Below are positions 8,649 to 15,435 of a stretch of 15,435 bases of DNA, one piece after another (the first letter of the stretch is position 1; the number at the start of each line of letters is the position of its first letter). The translations under genes were made by a program, and so were the position numbers. The DNA comes from a virus (Duplodnaviria; Heunggongvirae; Uroviricota; Caudoviricetes). The notes under the pieces were generated by a model. The model had not been told where the DNA came from, searched no databases, and saw only the letters and a list, made by a program, of their open reading frames with translations. The stretch is from IMG/VR virus record IMGVR_UViG_2778261395_000001; one strand, written 5' to 3'.

Positions 8649-8818
8649 TGGCTACACCGCTTATTCGTGTCATGAACGGACACATCTACAAAGTACCAAA
8701 TCGTCGTAAGCGTAAGCCTGAGCTGAAACCATCCGAAATACCAACACTGCTCGGATATACCGCCAGCCTGGTTGATAAAAAATGGTTGCGACTGGCAGCA
8801 AGGAGGAATCATGGCTGA
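8648..8818 (+). CDS. ninE: NinE-like small protein, 56 aa
   Basis: [37 protein letters not shown]...; start overlaps the ybcN stop (TAATG). Confidence 0.65.
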   Translation: MATPLIRVMNGHIYKVPNRRKRKPELKPSEIPTLLGYTASLVDKKWLRLAARRNHG

Positions 8819-9101
8819 TTTGAGAAAAGCAGCGCGTGGTCGGGAATGCCAGGTAAGAATCCCTGGCGTATGTAATGGCAATCCTGAAACGTCTGTACTG
8901 GCACATATCCGGCTGGCTGGATTGTGCGGTACCGGTATCAAACCGCCAGACCTGATTGCCACCATTGCATGTTCTGCCTGTCACGACGAGATCGACCGTC
9001 GCACGCATTTTGTTGACGCTGGATATGCAAAAGAATGCGCGCTGGAAGGTATGGCGAGAACGCAGGTTATCTGGCTGAAAGAGGGGGTAATTAAGGCGTG
9101 A
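8811..9101 (+). CDS. ybcO: Cys-rich nin-region protein (YbcO-like, putative nuclease), 96 aa
   Basis: [42 protein letters not shown]...[13 protein letters not shown] with conserved Cys/His cluster; AGGAGG ribosome-binding site. Confidence 0.7.
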   Translation: MADLRKAARGRECQVRIPGVCNGNPETSVLAHIRLAGLCGTGIKPPDLIATIACSACHDEIDRRTHFVDAGYAKECALEGMARTQVIWLKEGVIKA

Positions 9102-9460
9102 ATACCTACAATATCACATTACCCTGGCCGCCGAGCAATAATCGCTATTACCGCCATAATCGCGGGCGCACGCACATCAGCGCAGAGGGGCAGGCATACC
9201 GCGAAAACGTCGCCCGAATCATTAAAAACGCAATGCTGGATATCGGCCTGGCTATGCCTGTGAAAATCCGCATTGAGTGTCACATGCCGGATCGCCGTCG
9301 CCGTGACCTGGATAATCTACAAAAGGCCGCTTTTGACGCACTCACCAAAGCAGGTTTCTGGCTGGATGATGCTCAGGTCGTTGATTACCGCGTTGTGAAG
9401 ATGCCGGTTGTCAAAGGTGGAAAGCTGGAACTGACCATCACTGAACAGGGAGATGAATGA
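9098..9460 (+). CDS. rusA: Holliday junction resolvase RusA, 120 aa
   Basis: [36 protein letters not shown]...[31 protein letters not shown] matches RusA with catalytic Asp residues. Confidence 0.9.
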   Translation: MNTYNITLPWPPSNNRYYRHNRGRTHISAEGQAYRENVARIIKNAMLDIGLAMPVKIRIECHMPDRRRRDLDNLQKAAFDALTKAGFWLDDAQVVDYRVVKMPVVKGGKLELTITEQGDE

Positions 9461-9597
9461 TGTTTGAGTTTTATATGGCAGAACTTCTTCGCCACCGCTG
9501 GATGCGCCTGCGCTTATATCGTTTCCCCGGTTCTGTTTTGACCGATTACCGAATACTGAAGAATTACGCCAAAACACTGACAGGAGCAGGAGTATGA
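9457..9597 (+). CDS. ylcG: Small nin-region ORF, 46 aa (ylcG-like)
   Basis: [46 protein letters not shown]; start overlaps the rusA stop. Confidence 0.4.
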   Translation: MMFEFYMAELLRHRWMRLRLYRFPGSVLTDYRILKNYAKTLTGAGV

Positions 9598-9682
9598 AGT
9601 CAGAGATAACAATCAACTAATACTGTTTTGTTGATTTTTGCTTGTAATTGGCGTTCTGGTCTGAGTTTTGTGGAGTAAGTTG

Positions 9683-10066
9683 ATGCGTGATATTCAGATG
9701 GTTCTTGAGCGTTGGGGAGCGTGGGCGGCTAATAATCATGAAGATGTGACCTGGTCGTCCATTGCCGCCGGTTTTAAGGGATTAATTCCTTCAAAAGTAA
9801 AATCTCGCCCACAATGTTGTGACGATGACGCGATGATCATTTGCGGGTGCATGGCCCGTCTGAAAAAGAACAACAGCGATTTGCATGATTTATTAGTAGA
9901 TTATTATGTAGTCGGTATGACATTCATGTCACTGGCAGGTAAGCATTGCTGCTCTGATGGTTATATCGGGAAAAGGTTACAGAAGGCTGAGGGCATAATT
10001 GAAGGGATGTTAATGGCATTAGATATCCGGTTAGAGATGGATATCGTTGTTAATAACTCTAATTAA
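9683..10066 (+). CDS. quuD: Late-gene antiterminator Q-like protein, 127 aa
   Basis: [24 protein letters not shown]...[16 protein letters not shown]... with Cys-rich zinc-binding region; GGAGTAAG ribosome-binding site; sits at the end of the nin region where Q is expected. Confidence 0.8.
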   Translation: MRDIQMVLERWGAWAANNHEDVTWSSIAAGFKGLIPSKVKSRPQCCDDDAMIICGCMARLKKNNSDLHDLLVDYYVVGMTFMSLAGKHCCSDGYIGKRLQKAEGIIEGMLMALDIRLEMDIVVNNSN

Positions 10067-10255
10067 TATGCCAATTGTTTACTAAAAATTATTAAAAATG
10101 GGGCGTTGAGACGCCCCCAAAAATAAAGGGTAATATATAACAGAAGGTTTATATAGTTAGAAGCAAGGTTGTGCTTCTAAAGGAAGTGGCTTGAGGGAGC
10201 CACTTATATGTTGGGGAGGCAAAGCCTCCCGCAACATATCTTTTTCGTAATCAGA
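10067..10255 (+). promoter_or_regulatory. Hairpin-rich region downstream of Q: candidate late promoter/qut/terminator, including a near-perfect ~15-bp palindrome (10208..10241) followed by CTTTTT
   Basis: Stems GGGGCG/CGCCCC (10098..10115), GTGGCT/AGCCAC, and ATATGTTGGGGAGGC-AAA-GCCTCCCGCAACATAT, then a T-run. Functions are inferred from position only. Confidence 0.35.
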
Positions 10256-11338
10256 TTAGAACTGATACACCAGACCTACAGCGACGATGTCGTCGGTATC
10301 AATACCAGCTGTTTTGGTAAACTTACTATCGTCAATTAAGTTGATTTTGTAATCAACAAAAGTGGACATGTTTTTATTAAAGTAGTAAGTAGCACCGACA
10401 TCGACATACTTGACTAAGTCTCGGTCACCATGAACACCAAGGTCTTTACCTTTTGACTGAAGGTAAGCAACAGATGGTCGCAGACCGAAGTCAAACTGAT
10501 ATTGTGCTACTGCTTCAAAGTTTTGTGCTTTGTTTGCAATATGGTTATTACCAAAAACGGTCATATTCTGAGTTTCAGAATATGTGGTAGCCAGATAGAT
10601 ATTGTTCGCATCATATTTCAGGCCTGCAGCCCATACTTCCGCATTTTTGCCGGAGGCATTGAATTTGCTCTTACCATAGGCGACCTGACCGTCAGTGCGA
10701 TCTGATTTAGCATAGGTTGCACCCACGCCGAATCCTTCATACTCATAAGTAGTGGAGAAACCGAAACCATCACCATTGGCTTCAGTTACGTCAGTGCGGT
10801 CATTTTTACCCTGATACTGAGCAGCAAAGTTCAGGCCATCGACCAGACCAAAGAAGTCGTTGTTACGATAGGTTGCAACACCAGTGGTGCGACCAGTCAT
10901 GAACACATCTGTTTGGGTCCAGGTATCGCCACCGAATTCTGGCAGAACGTCAGTCCACGCACCGATGTCGTATGCTACACCGTAGTTACGGCCGTAATCG
11001 ATTGAGCCGTAGTCACCGAATTTCAGGCCTGCAAATGCAAGACGGGTTTTGTCTTTGGAGGAACCTTGAGATTCAGCGCGGTTGCCTTTGAATTCATATT
11101 CCCACTGACCGAAACCAGTCAGTTGATCGTTGATTTGGGTTTCACCTTTGAAGCCAAGACGGGCATAAGTAGTATCACCATCATCTGCATCGTTAGAGGA
11201 AAAGTAGTGCTTGGCATTAACTTTCCCGTACAGATCCAGCTTGTTACTGTCTTTATTATAAATTTCAGCTGCCTGAGCAGACATCGCCATCAGTACTGAT
11301 GCAGCTACAGCAGAAATTGCCACTGTTAATTTTTTCAT
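10256..11338 (-). CDS. nmpC: Outer-membrane general porin (OmpC/OmpD/NmpC family), apparently intact, 360 aa
   Basis: Signal peptide [23 protein letters not shown], then [17 protein letters not shown]...; ends with the porin C-terminal signature ...VAVGLVYQF. Confidence 0.9.
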   Translation of the reverse strand: MKKLTVAISAVAASVLMAMSAQAAEIYNKDSNKLDLYGKVNAKHYFSSNDADDGDTTYARLGFKGETQINDQLTGFGQWEYEFKGNRAESQGSSKDKTRLAFAGLKFGDYGSIDYGRNYGVAYDIGAWTDVLPEFGGDTWTQTDVFMTGRTTGVATYRNNDFFGLVDGLNFAAQYQGKNDRTDVTEANGDGFGFSTTYEYEGFGVGATYAKSDRTDGQVAYGKSKFNASGKNAEVWAAGLKYDANNIYLATTYSETQNMTVFGNNHIANKAQNFEAVAQYQFDFGLRPSVAYLQSKGKDLGVHGDRDLVKYVDVGATYYFNKNMSTFVDYKINLIDDSKFTKTAGIDTDDIVAVGLVYQF

Positions 11339-11926
11339 CGTGAGCCCTTTTTTTTGAACTATTATTAAAAAATGATGTCACTGCGCGATAAATATTCATC
11401 TAATCAATGTGATTATTTCAAGATGTAAGTTTTAGTTTCTCATTTAATTTGTGAAGTAGATCTCTATTTTTATCTGAACTTTTTCTATCGAAACCTATTT
11501 ATGGCTCTTATTTGAACAAAAATAAACCTATTAGCTAATTTATATTAATGGCTGTTATTTATGGGGGTTCTATAATTCAGTGGTTTAATTTAAATCAACT
11601 AAAAATAACGCCGGAAATTATTTATTGGTTATTTGTTGAGGTTTTCTTATATATTTGTGGTGGTGTTTTGAACACTCGGTAGCATTCTCATAAATATCAT
11701 TCAGTGGTTTACGTACGTAAAAAATTGGTTATGCTGTTAAGAGTGGTTACTTCGTCACACAGCTTAAACCCGCCGTCGAGCTGGTTTTTCCATTTTTTGA
11801 GTCTCGATATTAGCTGATAACTCAATACCTGAGTTATTCACTGACTCCGAGTCTGTTACGTTTCTGCTTTTTTGCGATACGTTGTATTCCCTCAATTTAC
11901 ACCCGCTTTGTCTGCGAGGTGGGGTT

Positions 11927-12142
11927 ATGAAATCCATGGATAAGTTAACAACGGGTGTCGCCTATGGCACCTCAGCAGGTAGTGCCGGTTACTGGTTTTT
12001 ACAGCTGCTCGATAAAGTCACGCCCTCACAGTGGGCAGCAATAGGTGTGCTGGGTAGCCTGGTATTTGGCCTGCTGACGTACCTGACAAACCTTTATTTC
12101 AAGATTAAAGAAGATAAGCGCAAGGCTGCGAGAGGTGAATAA
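11927..12142 (+). CDS. essD: Phage 21-type pinholin (S21-like) with dual-start motif MKSM, 71 aa
   Basis: [71 protein letters not shown]: two transmembrane segments; Met1 and Met4 give antiholin and holin starts; GAGGTGGGG ribosome-binding site. Confidence 0.85.
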
Positions 12143-12639
12143 TGCCTCCATCATTACGAAAAGCCGTTGCTGCTGCTATTGGTGGCGGAGCAATTGCTAT
12201 AGCATCAGTGTTAATCACTGGCCCAAGTGGTAACGATGGTCTGGAAGGTGTCAGCTACATACCATACAAAGATATTGTTGGTGTATGGACTGTATGTCAC
12301 GGGCATACAGGAAAAGACATCATGCTCGGTAAAACGTATACCAAAGCAGAATGCAAAGCCCTCCTGAATAAAGACCTTGCCACGGTCGCCAGACAAATTA
12401 ACCCGTACATAAAAGTTGATATACCGGAAACAACGCGCGGCGCTCTTTACTCGTTCGTTTACAACGTGGGCGCTGGCAATTTCAGAACATCGACGCTTCT
12501 TCGCAAAATAAACCAGGGCGATATCAAAGGCGCATGTGATCAGCTACGTCGCTGGACATATGCTGGCGGTAAGCAATGGAAAGGTCTCATGACTCGTCGT
12601 GAGATTGAGCGTGAAATCTGTTTGTGGGGTCAGCAATGA
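12142..12639 (+). CDS. rrrD: SAR (signal-arrest-release) endolysin / lysozyme, 165 aa
   Basis: Gly/Ala-rich weakly hydrophobic N-terminal domain ([20 protein letters not shown]), then lysozyme catalytic region ...[23 protein letters not shown]...; start overlaps the essD stop (TAATG). Confidence 0.85.
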   Translation: MPPSLRKAVAAAIGGGAIAIASVLITGPSGNDGLEGVSYIPYKDIVGVWTVCHGHTGKDIMLGKTYTKAECKALLNKDLATVARQINPYIKVDIPETTRGALYSFVYNVGAGNFRTSTLLRKINQGDIKGACDQLRRWTYAGGKQWKGLMTRREIEREICLWGQQ

Positions 12640-13096
12640 ACAGAGTAACCGCGATTATCTCCGCTCTGGTTATCTGCATCATCGTCTGCCTGTCATGGGC
12701 TGTTAATCATTACCGTGATAACGCCATTACCTACAAAGCCCAGCGCGACAAAAATGCCAGAGAACTGAAGCTGGCGAACGCGGCAATTACTGACATGCAG
12801 ATGCGCCAGCGTGATGTTGCTGCACTGGATGAAAAATACACGAAGGGTTAGCTAATGCGAAAGCTGAAAATGATGCTCTGCGTGATGATGTTGCCGCTGG
12901 TCGTCGTCGGTTGCACATCAAAGCAGTCTGTCAGTCAGTGCGTGAAGCCACCACCGCCTCCGGCGTGGATAATGCAGCCTCCCCCCGACTGGCAGACACC
13001 GCTGAACGGGATTATTTCACCCTCAGAGAGAGGCTGATCACTATGCAAAAACAACTGGAAGGAACCCAGAAGTATATTAATGAGCAGTGCAGATAG
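12636..13096 (+). pseudogene. rzpD: Rz-like inner-membrane spanin interrupted by a -1 frameshift near 12845..12850
   Basis: N-terminal part ([21 protein letters not shown]...DEKYTKG, stop at 12849..12851) is in frame 0; the remaining Rz-like sequence (..[29 protein letters not shown]...INEQCR, ending 13096) is in frame 2. Confidence 0.7.
12855..13037 (+). CDS. rzoD: Rz1-like outer-membrane lipoprotein spanin, 60 aa, embedded in the Rz region
   Basis: MRKLKMMLCVMMLPLVVVGCTSK... with lipobox VVGC and Pro-rich mature part (PPPPPAW..PPPDW). Confidence 0.7.
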   Translation: MRKLKMMLCVMMLPLVVVGCTSKQSVSQCVKPPPPPAWIMQPPPDWQTPLNGIISPSERG

Positions 13097-13121
13097 AGCT
13101 GCCCATATCGATGGGCAACTC
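13095..13121. terminator. Hairpin between convergent Rz and borD (GAGCTGCCCAT-ATCG-ATGGGCAACTC)
   Basis: Stem of about 11 bp with one mismatch, positioned between the two convergent stop codons. Confidence 0.45.
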
Positions 13122-13127
13122 ATGCAA

Positions 13128-13421
13128 TTATTGTGAGCAATACACACGCGCTTCCAGCGGAGTATAAATGCCTAAAGTAATAAAACCGAGCAATCCATTT
13201 ACGAATGTTTGCTGGGTTTCTGTTTTAACAACATTTTCTGCGCCGCCACAAATTTTGGCTGCATCAACAGTTTTCTCCTGTCCAATTCCCGAAACGAAGA
13301 AGTGATGGGTGATGGTTTCCTTTGGTGTTACTGCTGTCGGTTTGTTTCCAACAGTAAACGTCTGTTGAGCACATCCTGTAATAAGCATTGCCAGAGCGGC
13401 AGAAAACAACATTTTTTTCAT
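13128..13421 (-). CDS. borD: Bor-family outer-membrane lipoprotein (lambda Bor / Iss homolog), 97 aa
   Basis: MKKMLFSAALAMLITGCAQQ... with lipobox LITGC; start taken at the internal Met that begins the signal peptide. Confidence 0.85.
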   Translation of the reverse strand: MKKMLFSAALAMLITGCAQQTFTVGNKPTAVTPKETITHHFFVSGIGQEKTVDAAKICGGAENVVKTETQQTFVNGLLGFITLGIYTPLEARVYCSQ

Positions 13422-13781
13422 CTTATTATCCTGCATTGTTAAAAACGGCAGAATCCTATGTGACAACAATTAAACGATAGTTAAATGGATTGATGAAAAT
13501 TAAAACTATATAGGTGGATGCTCAGCCTATTGGAGGAGGGGGGGCACTCAGAATCCTGTGGAATGAAATAAACCGCTCTTTCTGTCCATTACCCTTTTAG
13601 CTGCGCTGTATCGTCGCCGTATTCCCGCATTAACCATGACCGTAGCCCGACGGGGAATTCCTTCTGCGTGAGTGTGCGGGAATAATCAAAAACGATGCAC
13701 ACCGGGTTTTACTGTGCTGACAGACGCAGGGTTACCCTCATAGTCGCTTTTCCGGTGCGATGGTGGAAGAAACCGGGATGT

Positions 13782-13976
13782 TTATTCATCATCACTCTGG
13801 ATTGATGTATATGCTCTCTTTTCTGACGTTAGTCTCCGACGGCAGGCTTCAATGACCCAGGCTGAGAAATTCCCAGACCCTTTTTGCTCAAGAGCGATGT
13901 TAATTTGTTCAATCATTTGGTTAGGAAAGCGGATGTTGCGGGTTGTTGTTCTGCGGGTTCTGTTCTTAGTTGACAT
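13782..13976 (-). CDS. Small basic protein with ribbon-helix-helix-like pattern, 64 aa (ylcI-like)
   Basis: MSTKNRTRRTTTRNIRFPNQMIEQINIALEQKGSGNFSAWVIEACRRRL...: a short beta-strand then amphipathic helices, as in Arc/CopG-type folds. Fold assignment is inference. Confidence 0.45.
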   Translation of the reverse strand: MSTKNRTRRTTTRNIRFPNQMIEQINIALEQKGSGNFSAWVIEACRRRLTSEKRAYTSIQSDDE

Positions 13977-14139
13977 GAGGTTGCCCCGTATTCAGTGTCG
14001 CTGATTTGTATTGTCTGAAGTTGTTTTTACGTTAAGTTGATGCAGATCAATTAATACGATACCTGCGTCATAATTGATTATTTGACGTGGTTTGATGGCG
14101 TAGATGCACGTTGTGACATGTAGATGATAATTATTATCA

Positions 14140-15435
<1,296 letters not shown>

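Noticed and set aside
8540-9616. Minus-strand ORFs antisense to nin genes (8540..8965, 8670..9008, 9317..9616)
   Set aside because: They overlap ybcN, ninE, ybcO, rusA and ylcG, which form a tightly coupled plus-strand operon with overlapping stops and starts.
12624-12635. Upstream ATG (MGSAMNRV...) as the Rz start
   Set aside because: The ATG at 12636 overlaps the endolysin stop (ATGA) in the usual coupled arrangement and begins the recognisable Rz N-terminus; the extension lies inside rrrD.

Overview
This window reads as an Escherichia coli-type chromosomal segment: an IS1 end cutting into fimZ, the argU tRNA-Arg(UCU) gene, and the left ~14.7 kb of a DLP12/qsr'-like cryptic lambdoid prophage integrated at argU. 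I did not find a convincing previously undescribed system; almost everything is recognisable, and the interest lies in strain-specific lesions and junctions. All identifications are from reading the sequence and recalling known proteins, with no database search run. Prophage order, left to right: intD, xis-like and three small early-left ORFs, a 5'-truncated Dam-like methyltransferase fragment, a P' fragment with ren, an AT-rich cargo block (emrE, ybcK, ybcL, ybcM), the nin region (ybcN, ninE, ybcO, rusA, ylcG), quuD, an intact nmpC porin on the opposite strand, the lysis cassette (essD, rrrD, frameshifted rzpD with embedded rzoD), borD, a small RHH-like ORF, a lambda-type cos site, and a Nu1 ORF that continues in frame into lambda J-like sequence to the window end. 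Two internal deletion junctions (about 3.43 kb and 14.87 kb) explain the missing immunity, replication and morphogenesis genes. No CRISPR array or rRNA was seen.
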